Positions 1 to 10,780 of a stretch of 64,000 bases of DNA are shown here, piece after piece. A program made the position numbers and the translations under genes. Below the pieces are notes generated by a model. It was not told the DNA's origin, ran no database searches, and worked only from the letters and a program-made list of their open reading frames with translations. Origin of the DNA: Eledone cirrhosa (taxonomy: Eukaryota). Each line of letters opens with the position of its first letter. The stretch's first letter is position 1. The stretch is from NCBI GenBank assembly GCA_964016885.1, contig OZ024740.1, forward strand, positions 357,740,001 through 357,804,000, in the 5' to 3' direction.

Positions 1-299
1 TAAATATACTCCAAGTATTTGTCGAGTGCTTTTATATCAGTTATAAATATTTACTAGTTGTAACCCAACAATTTTAAATATAACTTTACATATATATATA
101 TATATATATATATATACGAAAGGCTTCTGTGCAAATTCTGCCTGCTAAATACGATGGTGTTGTTCGGTAGAAACGATAGTATTTTGAAGTCAAATGACTA
201 AGTATATATGATGCTGATATACTAATCCCTGTTTAGCAATACCCATGGTAGGAAGAGTAATCAGTTGGGAGATAATATTTACATTTTATATCCAGTGTC

Positions 300-695
300 C
301 TCTCCAGTGATGATGCCACGGTAAAAATACACCCCGCTCACTTTGTAATGTGGTAGTACTGGTGCTACGAATAAAAGCATTCAGTCCACACTGTAAGGTG
401 GTAGTGCTGGTGTGACAACAAAGCATCCAGTCCATCCTGTAAGGTGGTAGAGCCAGAGTCGTGATGAGTTTTCCTAGTACATGATGTAAAGTGGTTGGCA
501 TTAAGAAGGGCATTCAACTGTAGAAACCAAGCTCTCAGTACATGCTGTAAAGCTGTTGACATGAAAAGTGGCATCCAGTCAGAGAAACCAAGCAAGACAT
601 GGTCACTTGATTAGTCTATCCACAAAACGTGACAATCTATCTAACCCATGCAAGCATGGAAAATAGATGTTAAATGGTGATGATTGATGATGATT
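300..695 (+). mobile_element. Decayed RTE 3'-UTR/tail fragment
   Basis: GTAAAGTGGTTGGCATTAAGAAGGGCAT motif, CCATGCAAGCATGG hairpin and GAT-rich tail, shared with the 3' ends of the RTE copies elsewhere in the window. Confidence 0.65.
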
Positions 696-841
696 TCTTA
701 GATGCATCAACTTGAACCAGATTATGTTTACTCTTTTGGTACCAATTTGATGCAGATATTTTTTCATAAATGTTGCATACACAAGGTTAATTACTTCTTA
801 ACACCCTGTAGTGAATTAGAAGAAAATATTTTAAAATGTGT

Positions 842-1027
842 TAGTTTATTCAAATGTTTATCGTACTTTACCTGTGGACATTTCATTGCAAAATTGAGCA
901 GAAAGACTTTAATTTTTAATGTGCTACAGTCATAGTTTATTCAAATGTTTATAGTATCTTTACCTGGGGACATTTCATTGCAAAATTTAGCAGAAAGACT
1001 TTAATTTTTAATGTGCTACAGTTATAG
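842..1027. repeat. ~91-bp direct tandem duplication
   Basis: TAGTTTATTCAAATGTTTAT...TTAATGTGCTACAGT(C/T)ATAG occurs twice head-to-tail with a few substitutions. Confidence 0.9.
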
Positions 1028-1247
1028 TGCTGTCTTGCATTTTTCAAGAATGTCATGCAAATATGGTTTCATGTATTATAGGATGTTAAGAGATCACATC
1101 TGTTGGTCTCATTAGAGTTATTTGTCTTGCTTGCTGTTTTCAAGCACCCTTTAATCAGTTTTAATCTAGGAATTGTTTGAATTATCCCACTTGATTGAAA
1201 ATGTTCAGCTTACTATATTATGTATGGAAGACATTACAGCCCTTATA

Positions 1248-1370
1248 GCCTTTTATGTTCTGAGTTCAAATCCTGCCGAGGTTAGCTTTGCCTTTTATCC
1301 TTACGGGGTCGATTTAATCGACTTTCCCCTCCCCAGGCCTTGTGCCTAAAGTAGAAACAATTATTATTAT
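1248..1370 (+). mobile_element. tRNA-derived SINE family 1 (partial)
   Basis: B-box GAGTTCAAATCC, central GCCTTT.ATCCTTACGGGGTCGAT, and tail GGCCTTGTGCCTAAAGTAGAAAC(ATT)n, as in the other copies. Confidence 0.8.
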
Positions 1371-1371
1371 T

Positions 1372-1735
1372 TTACATCTGCTTTTCCATACTTACATGGG
1401 TTAGACTGGCCTTTTCCAGCACAGCATCCAACCCCTCATTACATTCTTTAATCATCTCCTTTGCGAGTTTCAGCAATTTCAGATCAGCTCTTACCACCTC
1501 TACTCAGATCTTGCTTAATCTTTCACAACTGCAGCTACCTTCCAGTGGGATTTCTTGACACTTCTTCACCCAATGATTATCATCCATATGCATCAGATGT
1601 CCATACCAACACAGTCTTCTCTCGTGTACACTATATCTGATTCCTCTTATATCCATTTCTTTTAGCAGCTCATCTATACTTCATCATTCATGCACATTAA
1701 CATTGCACATCCATAAAAGCATGCTTGCTTCTTTG
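1372..1735 (-). mobile_element. Old RTE LINE 3' fragment
   Basis: Minus strand resembles the LRWYGHVMRM...W region and terminal hairpin of the intact RTE copies. Confidence 0.7.
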
Positions 1736-1811
1736 TATTTAATATAGAGAATACGCCCTTAAGGTTTTTGTCCTCATCACTACCTCACCTCTCTCATCAT
1801 CATCACCTCTC

Positions 1812-3350
1812 TCATCATCATCATCATCATTTTACGTCCGCTTTTCTCTGCTTGCAAGGGTGGGACAGGTCCTATTCAGAACAGCATATCTCCACTTGTC
1901 ACGGTCCTTCGTCATCTTCACCGTGAGCTTCAGCGATCTGAGGTCTGCTCTAACCACCTTCGCCCATGTTTTTCGTGGTCTACCTCTACCATGTCTTCCT
2001 TCAACTGCATTTCCTGGCACTTCTTCACCTATCGGTCATCCTCCATGCGCATCACATGTCCATACCATCGCAGTCTCCTCTCTCGCTCACGACACAGTTT
2101 CTCTCTCAACACATCTATGCTCGGTCGGTCACGCACATTGACATTGCACATCCAACGGAGCATGCTTGCTTCATTTCTCTCCAGCCGTCGCATATCCTCT
2201 GCAGTTGCTGCCCATGTCTCACTACCATGCAGCATCGCGCTCCTCACACAGGGATTATATAACTGGCCTTTCGTACGCAGGGAGAAACCCTTCTTTGTCA
2301 GCAGAGGAAGCAGCTCCCTAAACTTCTTCCAAGCCGTCCTTATTCTAGATACTATGGCCTCGGAACACCCGCCTCCCATGCTAATCTGATCTCCTAGGTA
2401 CCGGAAGTTATCAACCACTTCTATAGCACCCACCTGCATTTGAAAAATGTGTCTATCAATGCAACTTCTACTGTCAAATGTCCCTGTACATCTACTCCAT
2501 ACGTATTTCTCCCTACCTGTTAGTTTGCCTGCTATCCCACTACATCTCTTGTGTACGCAAGATCTGCATTGTGTGCATTTTATAGAATTTATGCCAACTG
2601 GGATTTCTGTGCATTTCTTTAAACAGCTATCATTTTTCCATATACATCACGTATCTATACCATTGCAGTCTTCTCTTTTGCACACATCCAGTTATTCTTA
2701 TGCCAAGTTTTTTCTGTCAGCTTGCTTATGCTACATTGTCCATACACATTAGCATTACATATCTATTGGAGCATGCTCGCTTCATTTCTTTCTAGCCTTC
2801 ACATGTCTTTTGCAATCAACATTGTAGTTTGCATGCAGGCATCATACATCCAACCCTTCATTCGGAGGGAGATACCAGTTCCTGAAACTTGTTCCAGCTT
2901 GTTCTTACTCTGGCTATCACTCTTTCAGAGTAATCTCCCCAACTGTTGATTTGGTCATCTAGGGAAGAAAAGAAGTCAACGACTTCTAAGGAGCCTCCCT
3001 GGCAACTGAGAGTATCTACTTCACATGTGTTCTTAGTACTTACTTCTCTTGTGTATCTGCCACAAACAAAGTCTATCTTGTCTGTTAGGCTTTAGAATGT
3101 GCACCTTATTGAATTTCTGCCCACCCTTTTCTGACATATCAAAGATCACTTCCCTGATGGTATCAGTCTCCTGACTCTTTACTACTTAAGACTTTGTTAA
3201 GTTTACTTTGAGGCCATTCAACTCTAGGTTATTCTTCTATGCCTTGGAATTTTGCCTTTAAGTCTCGTGGATTCAACTATGAGGACTAGGTCACCAGCAC
3301 ACATTAGTTCCCAATGAATGCCAGTTTAAAACTTTTTAGTGATGACTAGC
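1812..3350 (-). mobile_element. RTE LINE subfamily B 3' fragment (to ~2610) followed by more decayed RTE pieces
   Basis: ORF 2029..2439 FRYLGD...WKKFRELLPLL...MLHGSETW...RLRWYGHVMRM; ORF 1832..2020 GRPRKTW; (GAT)n tail at 1813-1830. Confidence 0.85.
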
Positions 3351-3505
3351 CCTAGTATATGTGTGTGTGTGTGTGTATATGATAAGAAGAACAAATATAT
3401 GTATGTGTGAGATGTCAACATGAATGGACCTGTTATTTTTATCTAAAGACATTTTTTCCAATTCCAACCCGCCCGTCCCCTCAATCTATCTTATCTCTCA
3501 TTCTT

Positions 3506-3541
3506 TCTTCTGATGAAGGACTAGCGTCCGAAACGTTAAGA
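3506..3541 (+). ncRNA. Minimal type I hammerhead ribozyme motif
   Basis: TCTT-CTGATGA-A-GGAC(TAGC)GTCC-GAAA-CG-TT-AAGA: canonical core, 4-bp stem II, stem I TCTT/AAGA, palindromic minimal stem III (AACGTT). Confidence 0.8.
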
Positions 3542-3643
3542 CCCTCTTCCTGCTATATCAAGCGTTAACCTAATATATCCCTTCTATATACTGTACTGAT
3601 TGTGTTGTTATTTCGGTTATATATATATACATGTGTATATGTG

Positions 3644-3848
3644 TGTGTGTGTAAATAAATATATATATATATATATATATACATACATCATGAATGACCT
3701 TGGGATTTGCACCTAGAAAGTTCAGGGCACAGCTTTGTGGAAGACCATCAGTTGCATAACCAGTCTCTCCTCTACATGCCAATGATGATGTACAAGGGAA
3801 AGGAAATGGCCGATACACCTTGGCACCAGTAACATATCATCATCATCG
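3644..3848. repeat. ~200-bp direct repeat, copy 1 (copy 2 at 6011-6215)
   Basis: Appears identical to 6011-6215, including TA-tract length (offset 2367). Confidence 0.9.
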
Positions 3849-4745
3849 TTTAATGTCCATCTTCCACGCTTGCATGGGTTTGGATGGGAGTTTTCCCACT
3901 TGAGGCAAGAGTGGTTGTCTTGCTCGCATAGGACTGTCTGGCGGGTTTTCTACGGCTGGATGCCCTTCCTAACACCAACCACGTTTACAGTGTGGACTGG
4001 GAGGTTTTTACCGTGTTACCTACACGGCCACATTGCAGCGTGGACTGTGTGTTTTTTTGTCGTGACACTTACACATCTGGCGGGTTTTCTATGGCTGGGT
4101 ACCCTTCCCAACATCAACCACGTTTATAGTGTAGACTGGGAGGTTTTTACCGTGTTACCTACATGGCCACATTTCAGCGTGGACTGTGTTTTTTTTTGTC
4201 GTGGCACCTACACGACCTCATTTGTTTTGGACTGGATGTTGTGGTACCAACATAACTTTACATTGAAAGGGGTGGTGTGGATGGGTGGGGGTAGTGGGAC
4301 AGGGGTGTATTTTTGTTAGAGGTGCCTACTGACTGTAGGTTTCACTTTGTACTTAGGTAAGCCGGGTCTTCTGTATTACTGTGTAGCGCCAAAGATCTCG
4401 GTCCAGTGACATTGTCTTGGAGAGGTGTAAGTGTGTGAGGTTGGAATTTATCAAGTCGTCCCAGGTTTTTTCTGGGCCTGCCTACTCCGTGGCTACTGTC
4501 TATTTTTATTGCCCTGCACTTTTTTATACAGCTGTCGTCTTTCATGCGCATCACGTGACCGTACCAACATAGCCTTCTCTCGAGTAAACAACATCTGATC
4601 CCTCTTATTCCTAATTTTTCCCTTAGTTCGTTTATGCTTTGCCGTTCACGTATATTACTATTACACATCCAGCGGAGCATGCAAGCTTCATTCTTCTCCA
4701 GTCTGCGTATATCCTCTGCACACATTGCCCAGGTCTCATTGTGTG
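3836..4745 (-). mobile_element. RTE LINE subfamily A, 5'-truncated
   Basis: ORF 4342..4725 (LEKNEACMLRWMC...WYGHVMRM...GRPRK), full 3'UTR and (GAT)n tail. Confidence 0.9.
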
Positions 4746-4842
4746 CAGAGGATACAGATGTATGTATCTAATATATATATATATATGTGTGTGTATGTAT
4801 GTATATGTGTATATATATATATATGTGTGTGTATGTATGTAT

Positions 4843-6010
4843 ATCATCATCATCATCTTTGTTTAACCTCCATCTTCCACGCTAGCATGGCTTAGACGGG
4901 AGTTGTCCCACTTGAGGCAAGGTTGGTCGGGTGACTGTCTCGCTCATATTGGACTGTCTGGCAGGTATTCTACGGCTGGATGCCCTTCCTAACACCAACT
5001 ACATTTACAGTGTAGACTGGGAACTTTTTACTGTGTTACCTACACGGCCACATTACAGTGTGGACTGTGTGTTTTTTTGTCGTGACACCTACACGATCTT
5101 GATCTCAATGTCATTATCTCATTTATTTGGACTGAATGTTGTGGTACCAACTTTACAGAGAGAGGGTGGTGTTGGTGGGAGTGGGAGGATAGAGTAAGGG
5201 TAGTGGATTGGTGTGTATATTTGGTTAAGAGGTGCCTACTGACTGTAGGTTTCGCTTTGTACATAGCAAGGCAGGTATTCTGTATTACTGCGTAGCGCCA
5301 AAGATCTCGGTCCAGTGACATTGTCTTAGAGAGGTGCAAGTGTGTAAGGTCGGAATTTATCAAATTGTCCCAGGTTTTACTAGGTCTACCTACTCCGTAA
5401 CTTCCATCAATTTTCATCGCCCTGCACTTTTTTATACACCTGTCGTCTTTCATGCGCATCACGTGACCATACCAACGTAGTCTTCTCTCAAGTAAACAGC
5501 ATCTGATCCCACTTATTCCTAATTTCTCACTTAGTTCATTTATGCTTTGCCGTTCACGTATATTACTATTACACATACAACGGAGCATGCATGCTTCGTT
5601 CCTTTCCAGTCTGCGCAGGTTCTCTGCACGCAATGCCCATGTCCCAATGCCATATAGCATTGCTGTTCGTATACACGCATCATACAATCTGCCTTTGATT
5701 TTTAGAGAGAAACCTTTTGTGGCCAACAGCGGTATGAGCTCTCTGAGCTTTTTCCATCTTGATTTGACTCTGGCTACTGTGCTTTCAGAGCACCCTCCAC
5801 CACTGCTGATTTTGTCACCCAGGTAATGGAAAGTGTCCACTATTTCTATAGAACCATCTGGGCAATAGAAGGAGCTAGTATCCTGTGGGCACTTGCTACT
5901 TATTGCACCTGAGCATCGGCCACATATAAAATCTACGTTCTTAGATAGTTTATCTGTGATCCCACTACATCTTTTATGGACAGGGCCTTGATGAACACCA
6001 ACTTTTACAC
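4843..6010 (-). mobile_element. RTE LINE subfamily A-like, 5'-truncated with internal deletion
   Basis: ORF 5040..6185 jumps from KVGVHQG directly to VHKRCSG (RT core missing), then FHYLGD...RLRWYGHV; 3'UTR and (GAT)n tail. Confidence 0.9.
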
Positions 6011-6215
6011 TGTGTGTGTAAATAAATATATATATATATATATATATACATACATCATGAATGACCTTGGGATTTGCACCTAGAAAGTTCAGGGCACAGC
6101 TTTGTGGAAGACCATCAGTTGCATAACCAGTCTCTCCTCTACATGCCAATGATGATGTACAAGGGAAAGGAAATGGCCGATACACCTTGGCACCAGTAAC
6201 ATATCATCATCATCG
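6011..6215. repeat. ~200-bp direct repeat, copy 2
   Basis: Matches 3644-3848. Confidence 0.9.
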
Positions 6216-6656
6216 TCTAACGTCCATCTTCCACGCTTGCATGGGTTTGGACGGGAGTTTTCCCACTTGAGGCAAGATTGGTTGTCTTGCTTGTGTAGGA
6301 CTGTCTGGCGGGTTTTCTACGGCTGGATGCCCTTCCTAACACCAACCACGTTTACAGTGTGGACTGGGAAGTTTTTACCGTGTTACCTACATGGCCACAT
6401 TACACCGTGGACTGTGTGTTTTTTTTTTTTCGTGACACCTACACGACCTTATTTATTTCGGACTGGATGTTGTGGTACCAACATAACTTTACATCAAAAG
6501 GGGTGCTGTGGATGGGGTGGGAGTGGTGGGACAGGGGAGTATTTTTGTTAGAGGTGCCTACTGACTGTAGGTTTCGCTGTGTACTTAGGCAAGGCAGGTC
6601 TTCTGTATTATTGTGTAGCGCCAAAGATCTCGGTACAGTGACATTGTCTTGGAGAG
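6203..6656 (-). mobile_element. RTE LINE subfamily A 3'UTR fragment
   Basis: Near-identical to 3836-4420 and to the reverse complement of 13040-13450. Confidence 0.9.
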
Positions 6657-6684
6657 ATATAAATATATATATATATATATATAT

Positions 6685-7239
6685 GTAAATATCTTTAAGT
6701 CGTTTTGAAGCCTCGACAATGCGAATGGGTAAATCTCCGGGTAACAAGATCCGGTGGTGGAGAGAGAGATGTAAGTGGGTGTACGTTGAGATGCGTGGTG
6801 TGTATGAGATGTGTAGAAGAATGAAGGAAAGAGTATAAAGGATAAAATAAAATAACAACACGAGAGAGAGTTACCTTGGGAGAGATTTAATAGTCCCTAT
6901 ATATTTCGGATTCACATCCATCAACTTGGGATTTTTCCGGGGTGGGGGAAAGGTTGTCTGTCGGACAAGTGCGAAACGCGTCCTCCGCTGTTTGTTGTTT
7001 TGAATATCTGAGGTATTCGGAAGAGCGCGCGTGCGCGTGAAATGGGGTCGGTCGGGCAGAGGTCAGCGGCCGAATGAGGGAGTGGGGTAGCGCTAGCTGT
7101 CAGTCCATTCTCTGCCTGTTTGTTAAATGTTACTGTCTGTGTGTGTGCGTGTGTTGTTGCCTTGTTCCTCTGTATTGGCAGTGTAGTATGTTCGTATGGT
7201 GGAATGCTACTGTGTGCGTGTGTGTGTGTGTAGTTGTCT

Positions 7240-7276
<37 letters not shown>

Positions 7277-7360
7277 GTTGCTGCATCGTTTGTTAGCTTA
7301 AACCAGCCATCTCATTTTGCTTCTCTCTGATCGGTTGTTTATTTGCGGTTGCAGGCGTTT
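6685..7360 (-). repeat. PLE 3' pseudo-LTR
   Basis: Direct repeat of 9935-10627 with scattered substitutions and (GT)n-region indels. Confidence 0.9.
6894..6931 (-). ncRNA. Hammerhead-like motif with atypical core (3' pLTR)
   Basis: Sense strand UCCC-AAGUUGA-U-GGAU(GUGA)AUCC-GAAA-UAUA-UA-GGGA. Confidence 0.45.
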
Positions 7361-9921
7361 TATAAAAAGCGCTTCCTTGATGCGTAATGTGCCGACGTTT
7401 CTTTCAGTCGCTAGAATTGTGACAATGGGCCTTCCGTCTTTGTTTCCGCATTTGTCTATGTGTTTCCGGAAAGACGAGGCCCTGGTTTTAGTGTGTTCCT
7501 TGATCCGGATGTGCAAAGGTCGGATTGTGCTACCTATGTAGTATTGGTTGCACCTGTCACATTCTATCTTATACACGACGTATGTGCGTAGGCAACAGTT
7601 CGCATGGCGTATCGGGCAGTCTCTGAGGGAGCATGTGTCAGTAGATTTCCCGGGTTTCCTGGAGAGGCATCTTCGCAGGGAGGGGCCCGAGTGGGCCAGG
7701 TGGATGTCGAGGCCCTCCCTCCGTATAGCCTTGCGGATAGCGTTGGTGGTATTCTCGCCCAGGTGTGGCATTTTAAGGAAGCACTTGCCTTGGGTGCCTC
7801 TCTGTCTCTGGCGTCTGGTGTCTCCTATTCTGTCTGTGATCGAGGTAGGGTACCCGTTCGTCTCCAGCACCTCGAGGAATCGCTTGGTATGAGTGACACC
7901 ACTCGCGGGATCGCTGCATCTGTTTTTGATTCGCGCGATCTCGTTCGTGATGTATCCCCTTTTGGCACTGTTAGGGAGGGCGGACTTGTAGTGGACGAAC
8001 AGGTCCCTGCAGGCTGCCTTTCGGTAGAAATTGCAGTGGATCCTTCTCTGTTCCGTGATGTTGATTCGGTAGTCGAGGAGGGGAAGTGACCCGTCTTCGT
8101 TGGGGTGTTCAACACTGAAGTCAATGTTCTCGTCCGTGTTGTTGAACGTCTCATAGATTCTGTTCGCCGTGTCTTGGGAAGATGTGAGGATGAGGATATC
8201 GTCCACGTACCTTGAGAAAAAGGCTACGGCGTTGGGGTGGCAGGCGTTGAGTGCCTTGCGTTCAAGGTTGTCCATGTTAGAGATCGCTAACACACCTGAT
8301 GGGCTTGATCCCATGGGCAATCCCGAGGTTTGTTGGTATGTTTGGTCAAGGAATCGGAAGTAGGTGTTGTCGACGACGATGGATAGGAGTTGGTGGATGT
8401 CAGTGGTGGTGAGCCCGAAGCAGTGTAGGTCGGTGGATTGAACGCGTTCCATCAGTATATTGACAGCCGGGAGTGCCGGGACCGAGGTGTAGAGAGCGAC
8501 TACATCAAGGCTGAAGGCATATCTGTTATTCCTTCTGGGGTCGGGATCCATTTGATGCAGGCGCTTCAACACCTCCTCGGAGCTGTTAACGTGTCCCGGC
8601 AAGGTGTCTAAGATGGGTTTGAGTATTCTGGCTAGGAGCCATGAAATTTTGTAGAGTGGTCGCTCCACGCTCGATACGATGGGCCTGATCTTCAGGTCGG
8701 GTCCCTGTTTGTGTGTTTTCACGAGGTGGTAGAAGGCAGGTAGTCTGCTGTTCCTCGTGAGGAGGTTGTATCTCAGCTTCTTCGAGAGCTTCCGCCGGTC
8801 GCAGATGTTGGTCCAGGCGGCGTTGATGTGCTCTTCTATCTGCGCGGGAGTGATTCCCGTGACCCTGGAGTAGAGGTTGTCATCGTCAAGGTGTTGGAGG
8901 GCCAGGGTGTTGTAGGCCTCTCTGCTGATGACGCAGAATTCTTTTCCCTTGTCGGAGGGGAGATAAATGAGGTTCTTCGATTTTAGGTTGGAGAGAGTGG
9001 TGAGTTGAGATTTGGTGAGGTTATGTGTTGTGCGTGTGTGTGTGTGTTTGTGAAGTATATCCGAGATTGAGTGTTTTAGTCTGATGAGTTTAGTGTCGAG
9101 TTCGTGGTTGGTGGTGGGGGGTGGAGTGGGTTGTCGGGGTCGTAAGTGGGGAACTTGGGGTGGGTTGCGTGGGCGCTGTTATTTTCTGTGGCGCTGTTGA
9201 TGGCGGTCACCCATTTAAGTTGGTAAGCGGCTCGACAAAAGTTGGCCTCGATGTTGAGTTTGAGTCTGTCGTCGAGATGTTGTGAGACGATGAACTTGGG
9301 TCCGAGGTGTAGGAGTTTCAGCTCGTCGCTCGTGAAGGTGCCGGTTAGGTCGGTGACCAGGTGAGTCGCATCGTTGAGGTATGGCTCGGTGTTGGTGGAT
9401 GCGGCAGTGGCGGTTGTTAAATTGTTGTTTTCCACGTGGTTTTGGTCCGTCTGTTTGTTAGTGTCGATGATCCTGTTGTGGCGTTTCGACAAGATCCACT
9501 CATATTTTCGCTTGAGCCGTTTTTTCTGGTATTGAACTCTGGAGTGGTAGCACTGGTCGATTGCTTTAGTGATTTTCAGGAGCAAGTCCCCGGGTGCTAT
9601 TGGCAGTCGATGTGTCCGCTCTGAGAGTGTCCGCTTATGGACGTGTAATTGGCGGTTGAGATGTCTCAGGATCTGTTTAACACACGTGCGATGTATGCGG
9701 TTAGTGGTGTTTTGGAAAGCTGGTGTACGTAGGCTTACTGGTAAGCGGATGTTCCTGATGGTGTTGGGGATGACATCGTTTTTTAAGCAGCGTTTAAGGA
9801 AAATAATTTGACAGCCAGCGTTGGCCCATTTCTCCGACAGTCTAAAAAGTTCCCTTACGGATGCAAACAATTCCTGGCTCAAGTGTAAGGATAAGAGAGT
9901 ATTGAAGTTTGCTTGAAGCAT
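7298..9921 (-). CDS. PLE polyprotein (N-terminal domain, RT, Cys linker, GIY-YIG endonuclease); ~870 aa with one frameshift at the G-run near 9112-9122
   Basis: FLKRC..VIP N-terminus; LPSDKG; FYHLVKTHK..RPIVS; SLDVVALYT; GLPMGS; RYVDD; LDY; VVYKIEC..C..YYIGST.R.L..R..EH; EAL.I....P..N. Manual translation of the RT frame is open from ~9115 to 7298; first ATG at 9921. Confidence 0.9.
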
Positions 9922-9934
9922 TGTGGAATAATAA

Positions 9935-10627
9935 GTAAATATCTTTAAGTCGTTTGGAAGCCTTGACAATGCGAATGGGTAAATCTCCGGGTAACAAGAT
10001 CCGGTGGTGGAGAGAGAGATGTAAGTGGGTGTACGTTGAGATCCGTGGTGTGTATGAGATGTGTAGAAGAATGAAGGAAAGAGTATAAAGGATGAAATAA
10101 AATAACAACACGAGAGAGAGTTACCTTGGGAGAGATTTAATAGTCCCTATATATTTCGGATTCACATCCATCAACTGGGGGTTTTTCCGGGGTGGGGGAA
10201 AGGTTGTCTGTTGGACAAGTGCGAAACGCGTCCTCCGCTGTTTGTTGTTTTGAATATCTGAGGTATTCTCAGAGCGCACGTGCGCGTGAAATGGGGTCGG
10301 TCGGGCAGAGGTCAGCGGCCGAATGAGGGAGTAGGGTGGCGCTAGCTGTCAGTCCATTCTCTGCCTGTTTGTTAAATGTTACTGTGTGTGTGTGCGTGTG
10401 TTGTTGTCTCGCTTGAGTGTGTGTGTGTGTGCGTGTGTTGTTGCCTTGTTCCTCTGTATTGGCAGTGTAGTATGTTCGTATGGTGGAATGCTACTGTGTG
10501 TGTGTGCGTGTGTGTGTGTAGTTGTCTCGTTTGTGTGTGTGCGTGTGTTGCATCGTTTGTTAGCTTAAACCAGCCATCTCATTTCGCTTCTCTCTGATTG
10601 GTTGTTTATTTGCGGTTGCAGGCGTTT
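9935..10627 (-). repeat. PLE 5' pseudo-LTR
   Basis: Direct repeat of 6685-7360. Confidence 0.9.
10144..10181 (-). ncRNA. Hammerhead-like motif with atypical core (5' pLTR)
   Basis: Sense strand CCC-CAGUUGA-U-GGAU(GUGA)AUCC-GAAA-UAUA-UA-GGG; stems I-III in hammerhead order. Confidence 0.5.
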
Positions 10628-10640
10628 CATATATATATAT

Positions 10641-10664
10641 ATCTATAAGAGAAAGTATGACCTC

Positions 10665-10698
<34 letters not shown>

Positions 10699-10744
10699 GA
10701 AACGGCTTGAGCTCTGCCGTCGAGGTCATACTTTCTCCTATAGA

Positions 10745-10745
<1 letters not shown>
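10641..10745. repeat. Small foldback (inverted repeat) in (TA)n
   Basis: ATCTATAAGAGAAAGTATGACCTCGAC ... GTCGAGGTCATACTTTCTCCTATAGAT. Confidence 0.85.
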
Positions 10746-10775
<30 letters not shown>

Positions 10776-10780
10776 TATAT

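Larger units (their letters stand above)
6685..10627 (-). mobile_element. Penelope-like retroelement (PLE), near full length, flanked by direct pseudo-LTRs, inserted in (TA)n
   Basis: RT + C-terminal GIY-YIG ORF; direct repeats 6685-7360 and 9935-10627, each containing the ORF 3' end, 3'UTR and 5' leader; (TA)n on both sides. Confidence 0.95.

Noticed and set aside
5040-6185. 381-aa ORF as a novel fusion protein
   Set aside because: Chance read-through from flanking repeat and microsatellite into an internally deleted RTE; starts at GTG
6955-6990. GAAACGCGTC (classic hammerhead stem III) on the + strand of both pLTRs
   Set aside because: No CUGANGA at a suitable distance, no stem I, and antisense to the element
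7298-9921. Selenoprotein-type (UGA recoding/SECIS) PLE, as described for some Naiad elements
   Set aside because: No in-frame TGA found; the ORF break is a frameshift, and the GGAU/AUCC hairpin fits a hammerhead stem II better than a SECIS
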